This document shows positions 1 to 11,155 of a DNA stretch of 33,849 nucleotides, piece after piece. Source of the stretch: Octopus sinensis (Eukaryota). Under the pieces are notes generated by a model, which made no database searches, was not told the origin of the DNA, and was given only the letters and a program-made list of their open reading frames with translations. The stretch is taken from NCBI RefSeq assembly GCF_006345805.1, contig NW_021831945.1, forward strand, positions 1-33,849. The letters are read 5' to 3'. The translations under genes and the position numbers were made by a program. The stretch's first letter is position 1. Each line of letters starts with the position of its first letter.

Positions 1-980
1 GCTCCTATTGGCTTGTGTATGTGTGTGCGTGTGTGTTTCTGTGTCTGCGTGCGTGTGTGTGTGTGTAAATAATTTTTAGAGAAAGCACGAAGAACGGAAA
101 CGAAAGCGAAATTAAAATCTTTAAAACAATCGAACGTGTTTGTATGTTAAGCTTCAAGTGACCTTAACTATGGAACGAAATCAAAGACAATAATATTTAT
201 GTATTAAAAACAATATTTATCTTAAAAAATAATATTTTTAAATCAAAATTAAAAAAGTTACCTCTATGAAACAGAGAACTTACATAAGGTTCTAATGACC
301 AAACTACTTAAATTATTCCGGTGAAGAATTGTTTCGTTACTATGCTGACCTCATCAGCAAGTATATACTTTAACATACATGCAGAAGACGTGATGAAAGT
401 ATCACTAAACAAACGTACAGCAATGAGAATGTTTGGCGTAGGAAATTGGAAAAGCTGATTCTGGTTTCTGGAAGGTTCCAACGATTATCTTGTGAACATA
501 TTCACATATTCATGAGAGATTGGCAGACGATATGCAAAGCGTTAAAGAAGTTGATTCCAGCAAAAAAAACCCTCATAAACAATGCAGAGACTCATATTCT
601 ATTCTATATACATCGCATAAATATATATATATATATATATTCAAGGAACTGATAATGAGAGGAAATGCATAAACAAATGCGTTCGCAACGTGATTACAGA
701 GTCGGACACATACATAGCCTTACACACAAACACACACACACACATAAACACATGCACACACACACAAGCGCACACACACATAAACATACTGAACAGAGCC
801 ATGTTAACACGTGTGGGCGGTAGAACGACTAATATGCTGAACGTAGGATAGGAAAACGGGAAAAATGAAGCGTACGCACATGCATATGTGTCTATGTGCG
901 TATGTCCATTTATGGACATACACGTGTGTAACCACATACGGATACGTATACATATACATACATCATATATATATATATAT

Positions 981-1042
<62 letters not shown>

Positions 1043-1370
1043 TTATATAGATATATATATATATATATACATAAATTTATACACGCACATACATGCACAT
1101 ATATGTCTGTATAAGGTATGTATGTATTGATGTATATATGTATATATATATACATTTATATATACACACATACATATATATATACATACATATATATATA
1201 TACATATATATATATACACATATATATATGTATATGTATTTATGTACATATATATATATATATATATACAAATATGTACATATATGTGTGCTTTTGTATG
1301 TGTATGCATGTGTGTATACATATGTATGTGTGTGTGCGTGCGTGTGTGTGTGTGTGTGCGTTTTTGTGTG

Positions 1371-1408
<38 letters not shown>

Positions 1409-2140
1409 CGTCCTAGACATTCATAACAAATTAGATTTTCATCACGTAAAACATAATACGTATTTTCGTTTTCATCTCGAAAGTTGTTTGCTTAGCGGCG
1501 GAAGGACCCGGTGTCTTGGTTCTGTTAATTCCATCAGATTTCATAAAGAATAATGAGAGCAAATGAGACGATCGGTTTTGAAGAAAGGTCCGGGGTAGGA
1601 GTGAGAGCCTGCACGGATTCATGAAGGAGGAGGAGTCCGTCGTAGGTTGGGGCCAGAGTGAGAAGGAAAAATTCTGTCATCCTCATCAGTATCATCAGCA
1701 ATACCATTATCATCGTTCTGATTATGGTGAGCCCATGCTTTTCCCGATGATGACCGCGAGGAGGGAAGGAAAAGAAACGAAAATGATGAACCGTAGATGA
1801 GAAAGGGAATATGAAGGAGAGAAAGAGGGAGAGTTAAGCATAAAATGAAGCATGTGTCAGATGAAAAGAGGAGGGGAATCAGATGAAAAGAGGAGGAAAG
1901 TTGAGACCATGTGAGGATGGTGGTGTTGGAGAGGTAGGGGCAAGTGCGGCAGCGTTGGTGCATATCCTAATGGTTAAGATATGCTGGAGTCGTTTTCGCC
2001 CTTGGTCCCTGAATATAATTATATACATCCGTACATTATTATTAATCTAATATATAAATTGCCTATAAATTTTTATAGCATGCTGACTACCTGATAAACA
2101 TCATTAACGTGATTTTTATCCTTATATTCTACATATATAT

Positions 2141-2297
2141 ACATGGCGGGCTTCCTCGCGGTTTCTTCTTCCTAAATCCGTTCACCAAATATTGGTTGAT
2201 TAGTAGGAGACACTCAACCAAGGAGATGTGGAGTGGGGCTGGACACGAAACCGTGTGTTGCAAAGTGAGCTTCTTAGACACACAGCTATACCCGTGC
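2141..2297 (-). mobile_element. Diverged 5' half of SINE family A (tRNA-derived head)
   Basis: The minus strand (ggtatagctgtgtgtctaagaagctc...gtgtctcctacta...ggatttagg...gaagcccgcca then TA repeat) aligns loosely with family A heads at 3336, 30020 and 31037. Confidence 0.55.
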
Positions 2298-2345
2298 TCT
2301 ATATGATTTATATATGTATACATATATATACATGGTATATATATA

Positions 2346-2730
2346 TAGTACGTTTAAATATTTGTTGTGCAAGATTTTTTATGTGAAATCGTGTGTTGAA
2401 ACAGATATTGCTATATTTCGGAATGGTCATTTGCCAGTTTAGCCAATAAAAACACACGCACTATATATTTGGTGTTACTTTGCTTCAGTTTTATTTATTT
2501 TTTACATTAAGAAATACAAAATCGCTGACGGTTAGTAAGGAGAGACACAAATAAGAAAGAAGAAAACAAAGGACCACTGATGCGGTCACAGGAGTGTGAC
2601 GAAAGAACTCTGGCCGAAATAAGATTAAGATTAATGTAAAAAATAAATAACCTGAAGCAAAATAACACCAAATATATATAGTGCGTGTTTTTATTGGCTA
2701 AACGGCAAAATGACCATTTCGAAATATAAC
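2346..2730. mobile_element. Asymmetric fold-back PLE-like remnant, family P2, with HHR-like motif
   Basis: Inverted arms ~2411-2510 and ~2631-2730; the left arm extends ~65 bp further to 2346. Both ends abut (TA)n. Same family as 27701-28098. Confidence 0.7.
2571..2616 (+). ncRNA. Variant type I hammerhead-like motif (core CUGAUGC)
   Basis: ggacca-CTGATGC-g-gtcaca(ggag)tgtgac-GAAA-g(aa)c-TC-tggccg. Stem II is a perfect 6 bp, stem I is 4/5, and core position 9 is C instead of A. Confidence 0.4.
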
Positions 2731-2740
2731 TATATATATA

Positions 2741-2860
2741 TAGTTAATCCAAACAAGAAAACACAGAAAAAAACACAGAAAAAAACACAGAAAAAAAACA
2801 AGCAACGTGAGGACGGAACAATTAAAGTATTATCTGACGCTCAGGAAAGAAGGGAAGGAG

Positions 2861-2864
<4 letters not shown>
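2741..2864 (-). mobile_element. 3' tail of an interspersed repeat, probably PLE-like (family P5)
   Basis: Homologous to 33431-33548 (gttaatccaaaca...acaac..gaggacg.gaacaa...gacgctcagga); abuts TA repeat. Confidence 0.5.
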
Positions 2865-2905
<41 letters not shown>

Positions 2906-3257
2906 ATTGGTGAATTGAAGAAAGGGAGCTGAACGCAGATTGAACAGAAATCGTTTTATTTCATTCTACACGTGTTTCGAAAGGCACAAATTACCAAAAT
3001 CCGATTGAATAATGGGACCATATTGGTCTTTCTCTTCAGGAAGAAAAAGGAAATCCGTTGGAAAAACAAAAACAGAACAGAGGCGGAGCAAAAAACAAAT
3101 CGAACTGTGCTCCTAAGAGCCCATGGCGAAACTGTTTATCAGTGTATGTTGAGAACCGGTGGCTGAAGAATTACTGCTGTGATTTTTGCTACTAAGGTAT
3201 CGGTAAACTGTTGATTAATCTACTACAAGATTATTCATTTCTATTTCACATAATATA

Positions 3258-3304
<47 letters not shown>

Positions 3305-3335
3305 ATATAATATATATATAATATAATATATAATA

Positions 3336-3678
3336 GGCGCAGGCATGGCTGTGTGGTAAGAAGCTTGCATCCCAACCACCTGTTTTTCTGGGTTCAGTCC
3401 CACTGCGTGACACCTTCGGCAAGTGTCTTCTACTGTAACCTTGGGCAGACCAAAGCCTTGTAAATGGATTTGGTAGTCGGAAATTGAAAGGAGCCAGCCA
3501 TGTGTGCGTTTCTCTCTCACTGTCGCTTGGCAAGCAATATTTGGGTTTTTACTTTCTCGTAACTTAGCAGTTCGGTAAAAGTGAACCTATAGAATAAGTA
3601 TCAATCTTATAGAAATTCTCCAAGGAGGTACCCCAGCATGGCCGCAGTCTAATGACTGAAACCAGTAAAATATAAAAA
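3336..3678 (+). mobile_element. SINE family A (tRNA-derived head, internal simple-repeat spacer, stem-loop tail)
   Basis: A-box-like tggctgtgtgg, B-box-like ggttcagtccc, tail cagcatggccgcagtctaatgactgaaaccagtaaaa; several homologues in the window. Confidence 0.85.
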
Positions 3679-4319
3679 GCATTAAATATTGTTGCTACAC
3701 TTTCCTGATTGTTTGTTGGTTTGTGTGTTTGTTTTTTCTGTTGATGTGCGCCATATTTCGTTATTTCTTAACCTCTCACGTAACATAATTTGTATTTTCA
3801 ATGAGGATAGCAAACAACGACATAAATAGTAAAAAAACAAAACTATTCAAAATAAATAAAAGAAACAATGATATCAATCTATTGATTAGTACTATCAATT
3901 AATTTAATTTCTCGTTTTATGAGCGGTTAAGCATACACGACAATAAAAAATATATATCTTCCTCTTCAACAAATCTTTCCTATGTGTATTTATTTCCTTA
4001 TGTCAGTTCTCTCCCTTCCTTTCCCTCTTTTCTGCTTTGTCTTCCATGTTTTTTGCCGTTTTCGTTTGCAGTTTTTTCCACCTCCTACCTCTTTTCAACA
4101 GAAATTTAAACTCAGTAATAAATGGAACTTAATTCAATATTGTGCTTCACTGTGCGAAATGACGACGATGTTGACAATTCTTTTAGGAGAAAATTTCCTA
4201 TTCGTAACAAATTACGTTTACATATGTTGCATTCAAATACAGAAATAAAATATATGTTTTGTTTAGATAAACTGAGAAATGTATAGGAGTTATAAGAGAT
4301 AGACGACGGGTTTTAACAT

Positions 4320-4382
<63 letters not shown>

Positions 4383-4532
4383 GTCTCACACACATGTGTG
4401 GGTATACACATATATACATTCATATGTGTATGTATATCTCGTTGTATCGCTCACTGTTTCACATATACACACAAGCTATCATTGATAAACACACACACCA
4501 CACAAACACACTCTTTTACTCATACGCTCTCA

Positions 4533-4575
<43 letters not shown>

Positions 4576-4758
4576 AATCGAAATCAGGCAGCGTCGGCTC
4601 ATATCGAAACTAAATACTTAAAATAATTTAGTGAAATCATCTCCCGTTTCAGTGTGCGCATGCTCATTTGCATCATAACCACTCCTGCCCGTGGCCGTCA
4701 CCTGTCTAACACTTCAACTCTAGGTCATCCTGAGTTCACACGAATTTATAAATATTTA

Positions 4759-4960
4759 AGGCGGTGAGCTGGCAGAAATGTTAGCACACCGGGTGAAATG
4801 TTTCGTCCCTCTTTACGTTCTGAGTTCAAATTCCGCCGAGGTCGAATTTGCCTTTCATCCTTTCGGGGTCGGCAAATTAAGCACTTGCTGCGTACTGGGG
4901 TCGATTTAATCGACTGGCCCCCTCCCCAAAAAGGTCGGGCCTTGTGCCTAGTGTAGGAAA
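4759..4960 (+). mobile_element. SINE family C
   Basis: Head aggcggtgagctggcagaa...gagttcaaattcc, core ttgcctttcatcctttcggggtcg; 17-bp TSD gaatttataaatattta at 4742-4758 and 4961-4977; homologue at 32901. Confidence 0.85.
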
Positions 4961-4977
4961 GAATTTATAAATATTTA

Positions 4978-5188
4978 TAAATGTTGGTTTTAAATTTGGC
5001 AAAAACTCAGCAGTTCCGGAAAAGGGGTCTTCGACCCCAGTTTTCAACTGGTACTTGTTCTATCGACCACGAAAGGATGAAAGGCAAAGTCAACCTCAGT
5101 GGAATTTGAACTCAAGACTAAAAGACGGATGAAATGCCGTTAAGCATTTTGTCCGGCGTGCTAACGATTCTGCCAACTTGTCTCCTTA
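4978..5188 (-). mobile_element. Older SINE family C copy, inverted relative to its neighbour
   Basis: Reverse complement of head and core (cgaaaggatgaaaggcaaagtcaacctc; gctaacgattctgccaac); TSD-like cacgaattt(a/t)aaatatt at 4739-4756 and 5189-5206. Confidence 0.8.
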
Positions 5189-5335
5189 CACGAATTTAAA
5201 AATATTGTCGAGGAGAATAATTAAGGGCTCTTGTTAATGTCTTCGAAGAGTGAATCACATGACGCAGGCATGTCTATGTCGTAAGGCACTTGACGTGTTA
5301 TCATATTATTTAGGAGTGTGTATATATAAATATAT

Positions 5336-5619
5336 GGAGGCGCAATGGCCTAGTGGTTAGGGCAGCGGACTCGCGGTCGTAGGATCGCGGTTTCGATTCC
5401 CAGACCGGGCGTTGTGTGTGTTTATTGAGCGAAAACACCTAAAAGATCCACGATGCTCCGGCAGTGGGTGGTGATCCCTGCTGTACTCTTTCACCACTCT
5501 TTCTCTCACTCTTCTGTTGGCCTGCTCGCTTAGCCAGCGGGGTGGCGTCATTCGAAGGTTAAAACAATGCAAACGCATTGTGACCAGCGATGTGTAAAAC
5601 ATCTGATGGTCTGGTCTGT

Positions 5620-5626
<7 letters not shown>
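5336..5626 (+). mobile_element. SINE family B (tRNA-derived)
   Basis: A-box tggcctagtgg, B-box ggtttcgattcc; full-length homologue at 19666-19975; inserted in a TA tract. Confidence 0.9.
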
Positions 5627-5660
<34 letters not shown>

Positions 5661-5662
<2 letters not shown>

Positions 5663-5825
5663 TTCAGCAAAAATTTAGTTTCAGATGAATATGGTACTTA
5701 AGTCAAAGACACCAGCATTTGGTATGGCATTATCCATATAAATCACATAGGGTGATTATAATCAAAATAAACAACAAGGATATCTACACTACCTTTGGAT
5801 ATCCTTGTTGCTTATTTTGATTATA
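5661..5825. mobile_element. Miniature asymmetric fold-back of a PLE-like tail (family P1)
   Basis: 28-bp inverted arms 5757-5784 and 5798-5825. The left extension (gaatatggtac...gggtgattataa) matches 13346-13460; the arm matches the tail at 10100-10122. Confidence 0.6.
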
Positions 5826-5849
5826 TATATATAATACATATATGTCTGT

Positions 5850-6258
5850 GTGTTAATTAGATTCGTCCTTTAATTTGGAGGTCTCTGAAACCTCTTTCAC
5901 TTATATTTTCAAATAACCGTTATAGCCTTTAGTTATAGTTAACACCTAACTGGACTCATATCTCTTTTTCTCATAAGACTAAATATGAATCTCCTAGATT
6001 CTATTCTGCTATCTCCTTTCTCAAGTCCTTTGTAAACATTTCGTTTATACTTCTTGCACTGAAGAGTACAGTGATATATAATTAATTTAATTAATTTAAT
6101 TAATTCAATTCAACCGTGAATTTGCAAGATTTTTATATCTCTGTACGAAACGATCGTCTGCATGAATTGAAATTCTCTTATGTATTTTAACATCTCCATT
6201 TTTAACGAAATTGTTGAGTTTTGTGGGATTTCTTTCCATAAATTCACAACACATCATA
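5850..6258 (+). mobile_element. 5'-truncated PLE-like terminal segment carrying the 6051 HHR
   Basis: HHR followed by ~90 bp tail ending in (TA)n; the left boundary is approximate. Confidence 0.45.
6051..6166 (+). ncRNA. Type I hammerhead ribozyme, canonical core, long stem II
   Basis: ttcttgca-CTGAAGA(6059-6065)-gtacag...ctgtac(6141-6146)-GAAA-c(gatc)g-TC(6158)-tgcatgaa. Stem I 7/8, stem II 6/6 plus extension, palindromic ACGATCGT stem III, predicted GUC cleavage after 6158. Confidence 0.8.
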
Positions 6259-6280
6259 TATACATATATATATATATATA

Positions 6281-6640
6281 TTAGAAGGTTTGGAGGTGAT
6301 GTACAGGTATTATATATTAGAAGAAATAAGGTAGTCAGAAATCTGGATGGTTTTACATTTACAGATTTCTATTGATATGTCACATGTTTTTATAAATCGT
6401 ATATTAGCGCTTGCATCTACTCTGTAGAATCTTCAGATTCTACTAGAGTAAATGCAAGGACCTAGAACTATGAGAGCTTGGGTTTTAAGGGTCTACGGCT
6501 ATATCACATTCTGTTAGTTTCAGAGTTTGAGAAGTCCAGATGTGGAGGTCTTTAAATATCCCAGTACCTCAATAATTACAGGTATAGACCTAAACTTGTA
6601 ATCTGGATAGAGTAGCAATTTATGATTGTATATATGTTGG
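6281..6640. mobile_element. Interspersed repeat family P4 with an internal 22-bp hairpin
   Basis: 6281-6411 is homologous to the arms of 27396-27638; hairpin at 6410-6458; the right boundary is approximate. Confidence 0.55.
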
Positions 6641-6696
6641 TACGTATGTATGTATTATGTATAAATCCATGTATCTATGTGTATCTATCTATCTAT

Positions 6697-6785
6697 CTCT
6701 TTTACTCTTTTACTTCTTTCAGTCATTTGACTGTGGCCATGCTGTAGCACCGCCTTTAGTCGAGCAAATCGACTTCAGGACTTAT
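6697..6785 (-). mobile_element. 3' fragment of SINE family A
   Basis: Reverse complement of taagtcctg..gtcgatttgctcgactaaaggcggtgct.cagcatggcc.cagtcaaatgactgaaa, as at 30345-30420. Confidence 0.85.
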
Positions 6786-6809
6786 GTACCTCCACACACA
6801 CGCACACAC

Positions 6810-6843
<34 letters not shown>

Positions 6844-7334
6844 TACAGTATCTGCGGTATAGATAGGGGGTCGACTGGTTTAAGAGCTGTTTCAATAATC
6901 ATGTCAAGATACCATATCGTGTGATATTTATTAATTTAATATCATAATTATTTGCCATGAGTGGATTCTTATTTACAGCTCACCGCATAATTAGTGTCAA
7001 AATCGTGCATCGATGTATAGCATGGTTATATCCAAGTTCATGAATACATCATGGCATAAGTAGTTATTGACATGTGTGTAATCACAAAACACAAATGCAT
7101 ACAAGTGCAAGCCAAATATCACACACGTACACATTTATGTGTTTGAACGTGTATGCACATGCAACTACACACAAAAACCACCCCCACCCACACATACAGG
7201 TATATATATATATAATAATATATATATATATATATATATATACATACACACATATATATATAGTTATATATACATTATATTTAAATATACATGTATATCG
7301 ATAAATGTGAATTCACGTGAATAGATATATCACA

Positions 7335-7515
<181 letters not shown>

Positions 7516-8236
7516 GTAATTATGTATATATACATGTGTGTACTTGTGTGTATCAATGTCTGTATGTACATGTACTTGTATAAGCTTGCTGGTATATGAA
7601 CGTAGGCGCGCGGGGGTGGTGCGTAAGTGTGTGTGTGTATGCTTGTTTGTACGTGTGTTTTTATATGTCTGTGTGTTTATGTGCGTGTATGTGTGTGTGT
7701 TGGCTGGCCAATACGAATCTCCGATTGTACTGGAATTCGAGATCGAAGATTATTTTACCCTAATCGAGCGAATTTTCTCCTTGGGGACAGTCATGAACTT
7801 ATAACCACCAGACACACACACACACACACACACATGCACACACACACACACACACACACTCAAATACACACACGCACACATGCATACAAATGTGTGGTGG
7901 GAAGCCTCCCACGACAACGGATCAATTCGTAATTAGTTAAGTTACAAGTTTCGATATCAATATGAACAGACCATGTCCATGTGTATCTGCGCGCGCACCT
8001 GTGTGTGTGTGTGTGTAAGATTGTACGTATATATACCTACTAATTTTCCTGAAGTAGTTTTTGATACTTAAGGTGAGAGTAATTCCAACAGTTAAATTGA
8101 TGGTCTCTGTACGCTGACAACTAGTAATAATTACTATACTGCTTATGATTCATTTTAGCCCCTAATTCTGAGAGAAATGTTACTAATAATATAATCAAAT
8201 ATGGGTGCTAATATATAAATATATTACTATTTCATT

Positions 8237-8238
<2 letters not shown>

Positions 8239-8284
<46 letters not shown>

Positions 8285-8324
8285 TATTATTATTATTATT
8301 ATTATTATATTATTATCATCATCA

Positions 8325-8370
<46 letters not shown>

Positions 8371-8664
8371 CATCATCATTTTATTATTATTATTATTATT
8401 ATTTATCTATTTATTATTTTATAACATCATCATCATTATTATTAATATTACTTTTTTTTTCTTCTTTCAAATTTGCTTCCATTTCTTGCCGAGTGTCTTC
8501 CCGACTCCTAGGGCAAAGAAACTCATTGTATACATTGGTAGGCCATTAAACCAAACTCAATAGTTCGTTCATTTTTTTTTTTTAAGTTAAATTAAAATAT
8601 ATTATTATTATTATATATTATTATTATTATTATTATTATTATATTATTATTTTCATCATCATCA

Positions 8665-8725
<61 letters not shown>
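8239..8725. repeat. (TAT)n/(CAT)n microsatellite complex
   Basis: Two long TAT tracts, each with embedded TCATCATCAT. Confidence 0.9.
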
Positions 8726-9199
8726 GAGTGAGGAGAGCAGTTCATGCCATCAAAGTGACACTGGGGTAAAATATACGAAGCCCAATATACCCATCATGAC
8801 TACCCGTCTGATAAAGGTACACCAGGCAACAGCATCACACCATATGTGCGCGACATGGTGATCTTATATCAAAACAGCACATGACCTTGCAGGTGGGGCC
8901 CAGTTAGAATTTTCTTCAGGTTGAGTAGCCCATCCCGCTCAAACGGTCCCTGAATAAGGGTTGTTTAAGGATGTTGAAAGAACCACCCATGTTTCCAGAG
9001 GTGAACTATTCAAACCCCAAAGAATCCCTCTCAACACATGGCTATGATGCTCCCCCACTACTTCTGCTCGTGATCAGAGATGCACATATCGTCAGCCACT
9101 AAGGGACATGCTCAACTGGTTAAGGTCAAGCAACTGACAAGCAAATCTGTGGTATTGAGCAGAATATTTGCTGTAGCCCATCTTTTATACCAAGACAAA
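8726..9199 (-). mobile_element. Non-coding retroposon family D with (AAT)n tail
   Basis: Homologues at 12883-12961 (same strand) and ~18005-18170 (opposite strand); embedded in TAT repeats on both sides. Confidence 0.7.
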
Positions 9200-9327
9200 T
9201 ATTATTATTATTATCACTATTATTATTATTATTACTATTATTATTATCACTATTATTATTATTATTACTATTATTATTACTATTATTATTATTATTGTTA
9301 TTGTTATTGTTACTGTTATTATTATTG

Positions 9328-9359
9328 CAGAGAGCTGGCAGAGCTGTTAGCACGCCGGA
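9328..9359 (+). mobile_element. Truncated head of SINE family C
   Basis: gagctggcagagctgttagcacgccgg matches the heads at 4759 and 32901, then breaks off. Confidence 0.6.
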
Positions 9360-9527
9360 TACTTGTAATCCGAAATCTGTCTACGTTGGCAAAACCCGAC
9401 AAAATTAAGAAAAACTAGCAAAAGCAGGGCGAACGAACAGTTCACAGTCAATGCATTAGGTTCTCAAGGAAAGGAAGAGGCATCAACATTTCAGAGAGAT
9501 TCTTCTTTGTCAAGATGTACAGAAGAA
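9360..9527 (+). repeat. 168-bp direct repeat, copy 1
   Basis: 5 substitutions versus 10988-11155. Confidence 0.9.
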
Positions 9528-9687
9528 GTGTATACGCCACTGGCCCCAATGTTTTCTCGCATTATTATTAAAGTTTTCGCATAATGCAGCCCTGCTGACT
9601 TGGCGGGCAAGCCATTTCTATATATACATCGATGGATACACTTATCTACAAACGCATATGTGCGTGTGTGTGTAGGTATATATGTTG

Positions 9688-9763
<76 letters not shown>

Positions 9764-9789
9764 TATTATATATATATATAATACATACA

Positions 9790-10122
9790 TTTACCCCATT
9801 TCTATAATTAGAGAATCTTTATTGTCTCCTTCAGTTATTCCTCCCTCTCACAACCTTACAGCAGCCTGGAACAACCAAATCTTAGTCAGTTGATGGGCTC
9901 CACTACCTCAAATAGTCTTAAAATTTAAATCCACATCTTTGTCTATGTATCTACCATCTCTATAATGTTGCCACTTGATATGAAAATTTTTGTATTTAAA
10001 TGGAAAACCTCTATAATCAGCATCTTAAATATTTTGTAATACTTACAACATTTAATAAAATGATGTAGTACGAAACGATCGTACCAAATTACCGGAGTCA
10101 TTCTTGTTGCTTATTTTGATTA
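9790..10122 (+). mobile_element. PLE-like 3' end (family P1-related) with only the 3' half of an HHR
   Basis: gtacGAAACGATCGTAccaaa at 10068-10088 and tail cattcttgttgcttattttgattata, homologous to 14870-14960; no CUGANGA found upstream; left boundary approximate. Confidence 0.55.
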
Positions 10123-10171
10123 TATATATATACTTTATTTTAAGCAGCAGAAAATTCAACAAAATCTGTTA

Positions 10172-10204
10172 CTCTGAATTTCTCGTTGCCGTTCATCAGA
10201 CAGT
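10172..10204 (-). ncRNA. Degenerate minimal hammerhead-like motif
   Basis: Minus strand actgt-CTGATGA-a-cg(gcaa)cg-a-GAAA-TTC-agag; stems weak; followed by an aataaag tail into (TA)n. Confidence 0.3.
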
Positions 10205-10810
10205 TTTTGCTAGAATGGAACCGATATATCAATTCAATCTAGACTCTTACAAACGCTACACCTTTAAAAAAAATGGACTTGTTTGATTGGCCCTTTAGAA
10301 AAAACGGTCAATCTTCGAGCGATAAACAAAAAGGTCAAAAATATATGTATATATATATAAAAACTTATAAAAATTATAAAATTCGAGGAAAAAACCTTAC
10401 ATTGAATAAAATACATATTGACGTTAATGAAGAAAGTATAATTAAAGCATAGAAATTAAAACCTATTATAAATATTACACTGCAATACATATTTATATTA
10501 AAGTGTACATATATATATCAACATACACAGAAGGATGCGTGCAAACGCCATACATATACAAACGTATAAATATAAATATAAAATATACACATAAATGCAT
10601 GCGTACATATATGCACGCAATCCATCTCGCACGCAAGTTAAAATCATCTATGTAGCGATTCTCATATACTGAGTCAGGGGGACGTAAAGTTGCATCAGTA
10701 TCAGTTGGAGAAGTGAGCTAATGAACTTATGTAGGCACGCGGCTAAATTTAAAATGTATTTGAGTACTCTTTTTTCCACCTTGTTTCACATTTATGTGTT
10801 TACTCCGGTG

Positions 10811-10856
<46 letters not shown>

Positions 10857-10987
10857 GTGTGTGTGTGTGTGTGTGTGCGTGTGTGTATGTGTGTGTGTTT
10901 GTGTTACATGGTTGGCAAACTAATTAGTAATTAACAACACAATAAGCTTAACAGGAAGAACTTGTCCTAATTTCATAGAAATTATGG

Positions 10988-11155
10988 TACTTGTAATCCG
11001 AAATCTGTCTACGTTGGCAAAACCCGATAAAATGAAGAAAAACTAGCAAAAGCAGGGCGAACGAACAGTTCACAGTCAATGCATTAGGCTCTCAAGGAAG
11101 GGAAGAGGTATCAACATTTCAGAGAGATTCTTCTTTGTCAAGATGTACAGAAGAA
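10988..11155 (+). repeat. 168-bp direct repeat, copy 2
   Basis: 97% identical to 9360-9527. Confidence 0.9.

Noticed and set aside
641-1553. Many ORFs rich in YI/CV/HT dipeptides here and throughout the window
   Set aside because: They are translations of (TA)n and (CA)n microsatellites, which lack stops in some frames.
1431-1963. Two abutting minus-strand ORFs (114 aa and 63 aa) with an acidic patch
   Set aside because: Low-complexity purine/pyrimidine-skewed sequence, no recognisable domain and no convincing splice context; a UTR or first exon cannot be excluded.
5336-5410. tRNA-like sequence (also at 19666, 26521 and 28760)
   Set aside because: The acceptor stem does not pair and the sequence continues into a SINE body; these are SINE heads, not tRNA genes.
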